Below, piece by piece: positions 16,801 through 43,800 of a stretch of DNA of 64,000 bases. The notes below the pieces were generated by a model. It was not told where the DNA came from, made no database searches, and saw only the letters and a program-made list of their open reading frames with translations. Each line of letters starts with the position of its first letter. The stretch's first letter is position 1. Position numbers and translations under genes: made by a program. The stretch is from the human T2T-CHM13v2.0 reference genome, Homo sapiens: the NCBI RefSeq assembly GCF_009914755.1, contig NC_060947.1; one strand, given 5' to 3'.

Positions 16801-19800
16801 TTTCTAGTTTTTATCAGGGGATATTTGGTTTTTCACTGTAGGCCTCTATGGGCTCCAAAATGTCCCTTCACAGATACTACAAACAAAGTGTTTCCAAACT
16901 TCTGAATCAAAACACAGGTATAACTTTGTGAGATGAATCCACACTTCACAAAGTGGTTTCAAAGACATCTTCTTTCTGGTTTTTCTCAGGGGATATTCGG
17001 TTTTTCACTGTAGGCCTCAATGGGCTCCCAAATGTCCCTTCATAGATTCTACAAACAAAGTATATCCAACCTGCTGAATGAAAAGGAAGGTTTAACTCTG
17101 TGAGATGAATGCACACATCAAAAAGCCATTTCACAAAGGGCTTCTTTCTAGTTTTTATCTAGGGATATTCATCTTTCACAGTAGGATGCAATGGGCAATG
17201 AAATATCCCATTGCAGAATACACAAAAAGTGTGTTTCCAACCATCTGAATAAAAAGAAAGTTTTAACTCTGTGAGTTGAAGGCACACATCACCATGCAGT
17301 TTCATAGATAGCTTCTTTCTAGGTTTCATCTGGGGATATTTGGTTTTTCAGTGAAGGTGTCAATGGGCTCCCAAATGTCCATTCACAGATTTTACAAAAA
17401 GAGTGTTTCATACCTGCTGAATCAAAGAAAGGTTTAACACTGTGAGATGAGTCCACACATCACAAAGCTGTTTCACAGATAGCTTCTTTCTAGTTTTCAT
17501 CACTGGATATTCTGTTTTTCATTATAGACCTCAGTGGGCTCCCAAATGTCCTTTTGCAGTTTCTACAAACAGAGGGTTTTCATCCTGCTGAATCAAAAGA
17601 AAGGTTTAACTCTGTGAGATGAATCCACATTTTGCGAAGTGGTTTCACAGAGAGCTTTTTTCTAGTTTTTATAGGAAGATATTTGGTTTTTCACTATAGG
17701 CCTCAATGACTTCCCAAATGACCCTTCACAGCTTCTACACAATGAGTGTTTCCAACCTGCTGAATCAAAATGCAGGTTTACTTCTGTGAGATGAATCCAC
17801 AAATTGCAAAGCAATTTCCCAGATAGCTTCTTTCTAGTTTTTATCAAGAGAAATTCAGTTTTTCAATATAGGCTTCAATGGACTCCAAAATGTCACTTCA
17901 CAGATTTTACAAAAATAGTGTTTACAAACTGCTGAATCAAAGGAAGGTTTAACTCTTTGAGATGAATCCACACATTGAAAAGCATTTTCATGGACAGCTT
18001 ATTTCTAGTTTTTATCAGGGGATATTCGTTTTTTTACTGTAGGCCTCAATTTGCTCCCAAATATTCCTTCGCAGATTCTATAAACAGAGTGTTTCCAACC
18101 AGCTGAATAAAAAGAAAGGTATAACTCTGTGAGATAAATCCATACCTCACAAGCAGTTTCACAGATGCCTTCTTTCTAGTTTTTATCAGTGGATATTTGG
18201 TTTTTCACTGTAACACACAATGGGCCCCCAAATGTCCCTGTACAGTTTCTACAGAGTGATTCCATCCTGCTGAATCAAAAGAAAGGTTTAAACCACACAT
18301 TGCAAAGCAGTTTCATAGCTTCTTTCTAGCTTTTATCGTGGGATACTCAGTTTTTCACCATTGACTTCTGTGGGATTCCAAATGTCTCTTCACAGATTCT
18401 ACAAACAACGTGTTTCCAACCTGGTGAATAAAGACAAGTTTACTTCTGTGAGATGATTCCAAACATCACAAAGTGGTTTCCAGATAGCTCCTTTCTAGTT
18501 TTTATCACGGGATATTCGCCTTTTCACTGTAGGTCTCGATGGGCCCCAAAATGTCCCTTCGCAGTTTCTACAAACAAAGTGTTTCCAAACTGCTGAATCA
18601 AAAGACGGGTATAACTCTGTGAGATGAATACACACTTCACAAAGAGACTTCAAAGACACCTTCTTTCTGGTTTTTTTGGGGGGATATTTGGTTTTTCACT
18701 GTAGGCCTGAATAGGCTCCTAAATGTCCCTTCATAGATTCTACAAAGAAAGCGTTTCCAATATGTTGAATGAAAAGAAAGATTTAACTCTGTGAGATGAA
18801 TGCACACATTGAAAAGCCATTTCACAAACAGTTTCTTTCTAGTTTTTATCCAGGGATAATCAGTTTTTCAGTATAGGCCTCTATAGGATCCCAAATGTCC
18901 TTTCACAGATTCCACAAAAAGAATGTTTCCAACCTGCTGAATAAAAAGTAAGGTTTAACTCTTTGAGATGAATCCATATATCACAAAACGGTTTCACAGA
19001 TAGCTTCTTTCTAGTTTTTATTAGTGGATATTCAGTTTTTCACTATAGGCCTCAATGGGCATGCAAATGTCCCTTCACAGAATCTACAATAAGAGTGTTT
19101 CCAACCAGATGAATCAAAAGAAAGATTTAATTTTGTGAGAAGAATGCACACATCCCAAAGCAGTTTCACAGATAGGTTCATTCATGTGCTTATCATGGGA
19201 TATTTGGTTTTTCTCCTTAGGCCTCAGTGGGCTCAGAAATGTCTTTTTGCAGATTCTACAAAAAGAGTGTTTCCAACCTACTGCATCAGAAAAAAAGGTT
19301 AGTGCTGTGAGGTGAATCCACAAATTACAAAGCAGTTTAACAGATAGCTTATTTTTAGTTTTTTTATCATGATGTTCAGTTTTATAACTACAGACCTTTA
19401 TGGGCTCCGAAATGTCCCTTTGCATATTCTGCAAAAACAGTGTTTCCAACCTGCTGAATCAAAAGGAAGTTTTAATTCTGTGAGCTAAATACACACTTCC
19501 AAAGCAGTTTCACAGGTAGGTTCTTGCTGGTTTTTATCACGGGAACTTCGTTTTTTCACTACAGACCTCAGTGGACACTGAAATATCCCTTCTCAGATTC
19601 TGCAACAAATGTATTTTCAACTTGCTGAATCAAAAGAAAGTTTAAATCTGTGAGCTGAATCACACGTAACCAAGCAGTTTCACAGATAGGTTCTTTGTAG
19701 TTGTTATTGCAGGATATTTGTTTTTTTCCCTATAGGCCTCAGTGTGCTTCAAAATGTATTTTTGCAGATTCTGAAGAAAAGGTGTTTCCAACCAGGTCAA

Positions 19801-21936
19801 TCAGAAGAAAGTTTTAATTCTGTGAGCTGAATCAAACATCGTAATGCAGTTTCACAGATAGCTTCTTTCTACTTTTTATCTCAGGATATTTGGTTTTTTA
19901 CTATAAGGCTCAGTGGACCCAGAAATGTCGTAGTTTCTACAAAAAGAGTGTTTCCACCCTGCTGAATCAAAAGAAAGGTTTAACTCTGTGAGCTGAATCC
20001 ACAAATCCAAAGCAGTTTCACAGATAACCTCTTTCTAGTTATTATCACAAGATATTTGGTTTTTCACTGTAGTCCTCAGTGGACTTTGAAATGTCTCTTT
20101 ACAGATTCTACAAAAAGAGTGTTTCCAACCTGCTGAATCAAAAGAAAGTTTTAAGTTTGTGAGGTGAATCCACACATCACAAACCAGTTTCACAGATAGC
20201 GCTTTTGAGTTTTTCTGGAAGGGTATTCTGTTTTCTACTATAGGCCTCAGTGGGCTCCAAAATGTCCCTTCGCAGATTTTTTAAAAAGAAGTGTATACCT
20301 TCTGCTTAATCCAAAGAACGGCTAAACTCTGAGGTGAAACCACTCGTCAAAAAGCAGTTTCACAGATAGCTTCTTTCTAGTTTTTAGCACAAGATATTCA
20401 AGTTATCACTATAGGCCTCAGTGGGTTTCAAAATGTCTCTTTGCACTCTCTGCAACAAGAGTGTTTCCAATCTGATGAATCAAAAGATAGCTTTAACTCT
20501 GTGAGGTGAATCCACATCTCAAAGCAGTGTCACAGACAGCTTCTTTCTAGTTTTTATTGTGGGGTATTCTGTATTTCACTCAGGCCTCAGTGGACTCTGA
20601 AGTATTTCTTTGCAGATTCTTTGAAAAAAGTGTTTCCAACATGCTGAATATTCGGTTTTTCAGTGTAGACCTCAGTGGGCTCTGAAACGTCCCTCGTCAG
20701 ATTATACAGAAAGAGTGTTTCCAACCTGCTGAATCAAAAGAAAGTTTTAAAACTCTGTGAGATGAATGCACACATTGCAAAGTGGTTTCACAGATATTTT
20801 CTTTTTAGTTTTTTGGCAGGTTAATTGGTTTTTCACTATAAGCCTCAGTGGGCTTTGAACTGTGTCTCCAGAGATTCCATAAAAAGATTGTTTCCAACCT
20901 ACTGAATGAAAATAGATGTTTAACTTTGTTAGCAGAATTCACTATAGCAAAGCAGTTTCACGGATAGCTTCTTTATAGTTCTTATTGCAAAGTATTTGGA
21001 TTTTTAATATAGGCCTCTGGGGGCTGGTAAATATCCTTCCACAGATTTTGCGACAAGAATGTTTCCCACCTGCTGAATCAAAACAAAAGTTTAACACTAT
21101 GAGCTGAATCTACACATGACCAAGCAGTTTCCCAGATATCTTATTTCTGGTTTTTATTGCAGGATATTTCGTTTTTCACTATTGGCCTCAGAGGGCTCCA
21201 AAATGTTTCTTCACAGATTCAACAAAAAGAGTGTTTCCATTCTTCTGAATCAAATGAAAGTTTAAATTATGTGAGGTGAATCCACACATCACCAAACAGT
21301 TTCAGAGATAGATTCTTTGTAGTTTTAACAGTGGAATATTTGTTTTTTCACTATAGGCCTCAGTGGGCTCCGAAATATCCCTTCACAGATTCTGCAAAAA
21401 TAGAGTTTCCAAAATGCTGAATCAGAGAAAAAGTTTATCTCTGGGAGTTGAATTCACACATCACATAGCTGTTTCACAGTTAGTTTCTTTCTAGTTGTTA
21501 TCACTGGATATTTTGTTTTTATCTATAGGCCTCAGTGGGCACTGAAATGTCCCTTGCATATTCTACAACAAAAGTATTTCCAACCTGCTGGATCAAAAGG
21601 AAAGTATAACTCTGAGAGTTGAATCCACACATTGCAAAACTGTTTCAATGATAGATTGTTGCTAGATTTTATTTGAGATATTAAGGTTTTCACTATAGGC
21701 CTCAGGGGCTCCTAAATGTCCCTTTGCAGATTTTGCAATGAGAGAGTTTCCAACTTGCTGAATCAAAAGAAAAGTTTAACTCATTTGGTGAATCTACACA
21801 TCATAAAGTGGTTGTACACATAGCTTCCTTCTAGTTTTAGTCCGGGGATATTTGTTTTTTCACTATAGGCCTCAGAGGGCTCTGAAATGTCCCTTTGCCC
21901 ATTCTGGAAAAAAAAAAAAAAAAAAACAGTGCTTTT
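10808..21936 (-). repeat. Monomeric alpha satellite
   Basis: Tandem 171-bp monomers; diagnostic positions shift near 19200. Confidence 0.98.
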
Positions 21937-34726
<12,790 letters not shown>

Positions 34727-34873
34727 ATGCTTTGTGATGTGTGGATTCATCTCACAGAGTTAAACCTTTATTGTGATTCAGCAGGTTGGAAACACTCTTT
34801 CTGAAGTATCTACGAAGGGACATTTTGGACCCCTTTGAGGCCTGTAGTGCAAAACCGAAGATCTCGCGATAAA
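34727..34873 (+). repeat. Inverted alpha satellite fragment (147 bp)
   Basis: Reads atgctttgtgatgtgtggattcatctcacagagttaaacc..., opposite orientation to the flanks; reverse complement matches 39897-40043 at 146/147. Confidence 0.97.
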
Positions 34874-37800
34874 TATTTGTTTATTCACTTTAAGCCTCTA
34901 TGGACTGTAAAAATCCCATCATAGATTTTACAGAAAGAATGTTTCCAACCTCCTGAATCAAAACAGAGATTTAACTCTGTGTGAAGAATCCACACATCAC
35001 AAAGCATTTTCACAGATATTCTGTTTCTAGTTTTAATCTCGGGCTATTCGGTTTTCTATTATAGGCCTCAATGTACTCTGAAATGTCCTGTCACAGATTC
35101 TGCAAAAAAAGAGTTTCCAACCTGCTGAATGAAAATAGAGTCTTAACTCCATGAGATGAATCCATACATCACAAAGTATTTTTATGAATAGTTTATTTGT
35201 AGTTTTCACCACAGGATATTTGGCTTTTCACTAAAGGTGTCAATGTCTCCACAAAGTCCCTTCACAGATTCTACAGAAAGAATTTTTCCACCTGCAGAAT
35301 AAAAACTAAGATTTAACTTGGTGATATCAGTCCACACATCTCAATCCATTTTCACAGATAGCTTGTTTCTAGTTTTTATCGCTGATTTTTTGTTTTTAAG
35401 TACAGGCCTCAATGGGCTCTGAAATGTCCCTTCATAGATTCTACAGAAAGAGTGCTTCCCATCTGCTGAATAAAAACAAAGGATTAACTCTGTGAGATGA
35501 ATTCACACATCACAAAGCATTTTCACAGATAGCTTGTTTCTAGTTTTGTTCTCTGGAAAATCGGATTTTTAGTATAGAACTATATGTTTTGTGAAATGTC
35601 ACTTTGTAGATTCTACAAAAAGAGTTTTTCCAACCTTCTGAATGAAAACAAAGGTTTAACTCTGTGAGATGAACCGACATATCACAAAGGCTTTTCACTG
35701 ATAGCTTGGTTCCAGTTTGAATAATGAGATATTCTGTTTTCCACCGTAGACTTCAATGGGCTCTGAAATGTCCCTTCAAAGATTCCATAGAAAAAGTGTT
35801 TCCAACCTGCTGAATCAAAACAAGATTTCGCTCCATGAGATGAATCCATACATTGCCAAACATTTTCACAGATAGCTTTTTTCTAGTTTTAATTGTGGGA
35901 TATTCTGGTTATTACTATAGGCCTCATTCAGATCTGATATGTCTCTTCATAGATTCTACAAAAAGAGTTTTTCCAATGTGCTGAATCAAGACAATTATTT
36001 ATCTTTGTGAAATAAATCCGCACATTGCAAAGCATTTTCACAGATAACTTGTTTCTAGTTTTTATCGCAGGATATTCGTTTTTTCTTTACAAGCCTCAAT
36101 GGGCTCTGAAATGTCCCTTCATAGATTCTTCAAAAAAAGTGTTTCCAATCTGCTGAATCAAAACAAAGGTTTAACTCTGTGAGATGAATCCACACATCTC
36201 AAGGCATTTTCACAGGTAGATTGTTTCTATTTTTGATTGTGAAATATCCATTTTTTCAATAAAAGCCTCAATGGTCTCTAAAAGATCCCTTTGTAGATTT
36301 TGCAGAAAGAGTGTTCCCAACCTCCTGAATTATAACAGAGGTTTAACTCACTGAGATGAATCCACACATCACAAAGCATTTTCACAGATAGCTTGTTTCT
36401 AGTTTTCATTGTGGGATATTTTGTTTTTTACTATAGGCCTCAATGTGTTCTGAAATGCCCATTTGTAGATTCTACAAAAAGAGGGTTTCCAACCTGCTGT
36501 GTCAAAACAAAGTTTTAACTCTGTGAGATAAATCCATGTATCACAAAGTGTTTTCACAGATAATATTTTTCTAATTTTAATCCTGGGGTATTCAGTTTTT
36601 CACTATAGGCCACAATGGGCTCTGAAACGTCTTTTTGTAGATTCTACACAAAGCGTTTCTAAGCTGCTGAATCAAAAAAAAGGCGTAACATTTAGAGATA
36701 AATTGATACATCACAAAGCATTTTCACTGAGAGCTTGTTTCTCGTTTTTATCACAGGATATTAGGTTTTTCGTTATAGGCCTTAATGCACTCCAAAATGT
36801 CCCTTTGTAGATTCTACAAAAAGAGTGTTTTTAGCATGCTGAGTCAAAGAAAAGGTTTAAGTCTGTGAGATGAATACACGCATCACAAAACATTTTTACA
36901 CAGAGCTTGTTCCTAGTTTTTATCGTGGGATATTTTGTTTTTCATGATAGGTCTTAATTGGCTTTGAAATGCCCCTTCATAGATTCTAAAAAAAAAAAGT
37001 GCTTGCAACCTGCTGAATCAAAAAAAGGTTTAACTCTGTGAGATGAATCCACACATTGCAAAGCATTTTCACAGATAGCTTGCTTCTGGTTTTCTTTGCA
37101 AAATATTCATTTTTACACTATTAGCCTCAATGGGCTCTGAAAGGCCCCTTCGTAGATTTTAAAGAAAAAGTGTTTCCAACATCCTGAATCAAAATAAACA
37201 TTTACCTCTGTGAGACGAATTGACATATCACAAAGCAATTTCACAGAGAGCTTCTTTCTAGTTTTCTTCGTGGGATATTCAATTTTTCACTATAGGCCCC
37301 AAAGTGCTCAGAAATGTCCCTTTGTAGATTCTACAAAAAGAGTGTTTCCAACCTGCTGAATCAAAACAAACATTTCACTTTGTAAGATGAATCCACACAT
37401 CACAAAGCATTTTTACAGAGAGCTTGTTTCTAGTTTTTATAGCAGGACATTTTGTTTTTCACTATTGGCCTCAATGGGCTTTGAAATATCCCCTCATAAT
37501 TTGTACTAGAACACTGATTCCAACCTGCTGAACCAAAAAAAGGTTTACCTCTTTGAGATAAATCCACACATTAAAAAGCATTTTTCCTGATAGTTTGTTT
37601 CTAGTTTTTATCATGGGATATTGGGGTTTTCACTGAAGGCCTCATTGGCTCTGAAATGTCACTTCATAGACTTTACAAAATGAGGGTTTTCAACCTGCTG
37701 AATCAAAACAAAGGTTTAACTCTGTGAGATGAATTCACACATTTCAAAGCATTTTCATAGGTAGCTTGTTTCTTGTTTTGATTGGGGGATATTTTGTTTT

Positions 37801-40800
37801 TCACTGTACTTCACAATAGGCTCTGAAATATCCCTTCGTAGATTCTAAAAAAGAGTGTTTCTACCCTGATAAATCAAAGCAAAGGTTAACTCTGTGAGAC
37901 AAATCCACACATCACAAAGCATTATCATAGATAGCTTGTTTTTAGGTTTTATCATGGGATATTTAGGTTTAAACTATAGGTCTCAATGAGCTCTGAAGTG
38001 TCCCTTTGTAGATTCTACAAAATGGTGTTTCCACTCTGATGAATCAAAATAAAGGTTTGACCTTGTGAGATGAATGCACACATTGCAAAGCATTTTCACT
38101 GATAGCTTGTATCTAGTTTTTATCGTGGGATAATTAAGTTTTTAGTATAGGCCTTAATGGGCTCTGAAATGTCCCTTTGTAGATTCTATAAGAAAAGTGT
38201 TTCTAACCTGCTGAATAAAAAGAAAGGTTTATCTCTGTGAGATGAATCCACACATCACAAAGCATTTTCACTGATAGCATGTTTCTCGTTTTTATCACTG
38301 GATACTTGGGTTTTCACTACAGGTCTCAATGGGCTCCAAAATATCACTTTGTATGATTTTAAAAAAGAGGGTTTTCAACCTGTTGCATGAAAATGAAGGT
38401 TTAAATCTGTGAGATGAATCCACACATCACAGAGCATTTTCACAGATAGCCTGATCCTAGTTTTTATCATGTGATATTCAGTTTTTGATGATAGGCCTCA
38501 AATGGCTCTGTAATGTCTTTTTGTAGATTCTATAGAAAGTGGTTCCAACCTGCTGAAGAAAACAAAGGTTTACCTCTGTGAGATGAATCCACATTTCACA
38601 TTTTCACAGACTGCTTGTTTTACAATCTGCTGAAGAAAAACAAAGGTTTACCTCTGTGAGATGAATCCACATTTCACATTTTCAAAGATTGCTCATTTTT
38701 TGTTTTTATTGCAGAATATTTGATTTTTCACTGTAGGCTTAAATGGGCTCCAAAACGTCCTTAAGTAGATTCTACAGAAAGAGTGTTGCCATGCTGCTGA
38801 ATCAAAACAAGGGTTTAACACTATGAGATATATCCAAACATCCCAAAGCATTTTCACTGATAACCTGTTTCTATTTTTTATCACGATATATTCTGTTTTT
38901 CAATACAGGCCACAATGGGCTCTGAAGTGTCTCATAAATCCTACAGAAAGAGTGTCTCTAACCTGCTGAATCAAAACAAAGGTTTAACTCTCTGAGATGA
39001 ATCCACAGATCACAAAGCATTTTCACAGACAGCTTGATTGTAGTTTTTATCATGAGATGTTCAGTTTTTCACTATAGACCTCAATGGGTTCTGAATCCCC
39101 CTTTGTAGAATCTACAAAAAGAGTGTTTCCAACTTGATGAATCAAAGCACGTTTAACTATGTGAGATGAATCCACACATCACAAAGCATTTTCACAAATT
39201 GCTTGTGTCCTGTTTTTATCATGGGATATTCAGTTTTTCACTATAGGCCTGAATGGGCTGTGAAATATCCCTCTGTAGATTCTACCGAAAGAATGTTTCC
39301 AACCTGCTGAATCAAAAGAAAGGTTTAACTCTGTGAGCTGAATCCACACATCACAAAACCTTTTCACAGATAGCTTGTTTCTAGTTTTAATCTCAGGCTA
39401 TTTTGTTTATCACTAGAAGTCTCTATGTGTTCTGACACGTCTCTTCGTAGTTTCTAAAGAAGAGTTTTTCCAATCCGCTGATCAAAACAGAGGTACAACT
39501 CTGAGATGAATCCACACATTACAAATTGTTTTCACCAATAGGTTGTATATAGTTTTTATCACAGGATATTCAGTTTTCCACTATAGGCCTCGATGGGCTT
39601 GGAATGTCCCTTTGCAGATTCTACAGAAGGAGTGTTTCCAATCTGCTTAATCAAAACAAAGAGTTCACTCTGAGATAAATCCATACATCACAAAACATTT
39701 TCATATATAACTGGTTTCTAGTTTTTAATCACAGGATATTTAGGTTTCCACTATAGGCCTCATTGGGCTGGGATATGTCCCTTCATCGATTCTACAACAA
39801 GAATGTTTCCAACCTGATGAATGAACACAATGATTTATCTCTGTGAAATGAATCCGTACATCTTAAAGCATTTTCACAGATAGCTCATTTCTAGTTTTTA
39901 TCGCGAGATCTTCGGTTTTGCACTACAGGCCTCAAAGGGGTCCAAAATGTCCCTTCGTAGATACTTCAGAAAGAGTGTTTCCAACCTGCTGAATCACAAT
40001 AAAAGTTTAACTCTGTGAGATGAATCCACACATCACAAAGCATTTTCACAGATAGCTTGTTTGTAGTTCTGATGGTGAAATATTCATTTTTTTCATTAAA
40101 TCCTCAATGGGCTCTGAAAGATCCCTCATAGGTTTTACAGAAAGAGTGTTTCCAACCTCCTGAATCATAACATAGGTTTAGCTCGGTGAGATGAATCCAA
40201 ACATCACAAAGCATTTTCACAGACAGCTTTTTTTCTAGTTTTCATCGCAGGACATTCAATTTTTTTACTATAGGCCTCAATGTGCTCTGAAATGTCCTTT
40301 TGTAGATTCCACAAAAAGAGTGTTTCCAACTTGCTGTATCAAAATAATGGTTTAACTCTGTGAGATGAATCCATACCTCACAAAGCGTTTTTACAGATAC
40401 CTTGTTTCTTATTTTTATCATGAGATACTCAGTTTGTCATGATAGGACTTAATGGCTCTGAAATGTCCCTTCATAGATTCTACAGAAAGAGTGTTTCCAA
40501 CCTGCTGAATCAAAACAAAGGCTTAACTTGGTGAAATGAATCCATGCATCATAGTGTATTTTCACAGACAGCTTTCTTCTGGTTTTTATCGCTGGTTTTT
40601 TTGTTTGTCACTACAGGCCTCTATGGGCTTCGAAATGTCCCTTTGTAAATTCTACAAAAAGAGTGTTTCCAATCTGCTAAATCAAAACAAAGATTTAACT
40701 CTGTGAGATGAATTAATACATTGCAACACATTTTCAGAGATAGCTTGTTTCTAGTTTTTATCACGGGATATTTGGTTTTTGACTATATGCTTCAAAGGGC

Positions 40801-43800
40801 TCTGAAATGTCCCTCCGTAGTTTCTACAAAAAGAGTTTTTCCATCCCGCAGAATCAAAAGAAAGGTTTAACTCTGTGAGATATGTCCACACACATCACAA
40901 AGCATTTTTACAGATAGCTTGTTTCTAATTTTGATTGTGAAATATTCATTTGTTCACTATGAGCCTCAATGAGCTACATCACAAAGCATTTTCTCAGCTA
41001 GCTTGTGTCTAGTTTTTACAACAAGATATTCAGTTTTTCATTATAGGGCTCAATGGGCTCTGAAATGTCCCTTCGAAGATTTTACAGAAAGAGTGTTTCT
41101 AACCTGCTGAATCAAAACAGAGGGTTCACTCTGTGAGATGAATCTATACACCTTAAAGCATTTTCACAGATGGCTTGTGTCTAGTTTTTATTACAGGATA
41201 TTCGGGTTTCCACTACAGGCCTCATAGGCTCTGATATGTCCCTTTGTAGATCCTACAACAAGAGTGTTTCCAACCTGCTGAATCAAAACAATGGTTTATC
41301 TCTGTGAAATGTATCCACACGTTGCAAAACTTTTTCACACATAGCTTGTTTCTAGTTTTTATCGTGGAATATTCAGTTTTTCACTATATGGCTCAATGGG
41401 CTCTGAAAGGTCCCTTTGATGGTTCTACAGAAAGTGCTTCCAACCCACTGAATCAAAACAAAGAGTTCTCTCTGTGAGATGAATTTTTACATCATAAAGC
41501 ATTTTCACAGATATCTTTTTTCTAGTTTTTATTGCGGGATATTCAGTTTTTCACTGTAGGCCTCGATGGACTCCAAAATGTCACTTGGTAGATTCTTCAG
41601 AAAGAGTGTTTCAAACCTGCTGAGTCAAAACAAAGGTTTAACTCTATGAGATGAAGGCACACATCACAATTCATTTTCACAGATAGCTTGTTTCTAGCTT
41701 TGATCACAGGATATTCGGTTTTTCACTATAAACCTCAATGGGCTCTGAAATGTCTCTTCGTAGATTCTACAGAAATAATGTTTCCAACCTGCTGTATCAA
41801 AACAAAGCTTTAACCCTGTGAAATGAATCCATACATAGCAAAGCGTTTTACAGATAGCTTTTTTCTGGTTTTTATCATGGGATATTCAGTTTTCCACTAT
41901 AGGCCTCAATGGGCTCTGAAATGTCCTATGGTACATTCTATAAAGAGAGTATTTCCAACCTGCTGAATCAAGAGAAAGGTTTAATTATGTGAGATGAATT
42001 CACACATCACAGTGGATTTTCTCGGATAGCTTGTTTCTAGTTTTTATCGTGGCATATTCAGGTTTTCACTATAGGCCACATTGGCTCCAAAATGTCCCTT
42101 CATAGATTCTACAAAAAATGGTGTCTCCACCCTGCTGAATCAAAAAAGAGGTTTAACTCTGTTAGACAAATCCACACATCACAGTGCATTTTGACAGATA
42201 GCTTGTTTCTAGATTTTATCATGGGATATTCTGTTTTTCACTATTATCCCCAATGGGCTCTGATATATCCCTTTATAGATTCTACAATAAGAGTGTTTCA
42301 AACCTGCTGAACCAAAAAAAAGGTTAATTCTGTGGAATGAATCCAAAAGTCAAAAAGCATTTTCACAAATAGATTGTTTCTAGTTTTTATCGTGGGATAT
42401 TCAGTTTTTCACTATAGGCCTCAATGGGCTTTGAAATGTCCATTAATAGATTGTACAAAAAGACAGTGTCCAATCTGCTGAATCAATACAAAAGTTTAAC
42501 TCTGTGAGATAAATCCACACATTTCAAAGCATTTTCACTGATAGCTTGTTTCTAGTTTTCATCACGGGATATTTGGGTTTTCACTATAGGCCTCTTTGGC
42601 TCCAAAATGTCCCTCCATAGATTTTACAAAAAGAGTGTTTCCAACCTGCTGACTCAAAATAAAGGTTTAACTCTCTGAGATAAATCCACACATCACAAAG
42701 CATTTTCATTGATAACTTATTTCTAGTTATTTTTGTGGGATATTCAGTTTTTTACTATAGGTCTCAAAGGGCTTTGAAATGTCCACTTGTAGATTATACA
42801 AAAAGAGTGTTTCCAACCTGCTGAATCAAAACACAGGTTTAATTCTGTGAGATGAGTCTACACATCACAAAGTGTTTTCAAAGATAGCTAGTTTCTAGTT
42901 TTTATTGTGGGATACTCGAATTTTCAGTGGGCCCTGAAATGTCCTTTCCTATAATCTACAAAAAGATTGTTTCTGCCCTGATGCAACAGAACTAAGGATT
43001 AACACTGTGACGTGAGTCCACACATCACCATGCATTTTCACAGATAGCTTTTTTTCTCTTTTTTATTGCTGGTTTTTCAGTTTTTCACTATAGACTTCAA
43101 AGGGCTCCAAAATGTCCCTTTGTAGATTCTACAAAAAGAGTGTTTCCAACCTGCAGAATCAAAACAAAGCTTTAACTCTGTGAGATGAATCCAACCATCA
43201 CAGTGCATTTTCAGAGAGCTTGTTTCTAGTTTTGAACTCGGGATATTCAATTGTTCACTATAGAACTGTATGTGTTCCAAAATGTTTGTTTCTTTGTAGA
43301 TTACAAAAAAGGTGTTTCGACCCGCTGAATGTAACAAAGGTTTAACTCTGTGTGATGAATCCACACATTGGAAAGCGTATTCACTGATAGCGTGTTTCTA
43401 GTTTTTATCACAGGATGTTCATATTTCAACTATAGGCCTCAATGGGCTCTGAAATTTCCCTTTGAAGATTCTACAGAAAGGGTGTTTTCAACCTGCTGAA
43501 TGAAAATGAAGTGTTCACTCTGAGAGATAAATCCACTCATTGTAAATCATTTTCACACACAGCATGTTTCGTTTTTACCACGGGATATTTGGTTTTTCAC
43601 TGTAGGCCTCAATGGGCTCTGAAATGTCCCTTCATATATTCTTCAGAAAGAGTGTTTCCAACCAGCTGAATCAAAACAAAGGTTTAACTCTGTGAAATGA
43701 ATTCATACATCACAAACCATTTTTGCAGATAGCTTGTTTCTAGTTTTGATTGTGAACTATTCTTTTTTTCATTAAAAGCCTCAATGGGCTCTGAGAGGCC

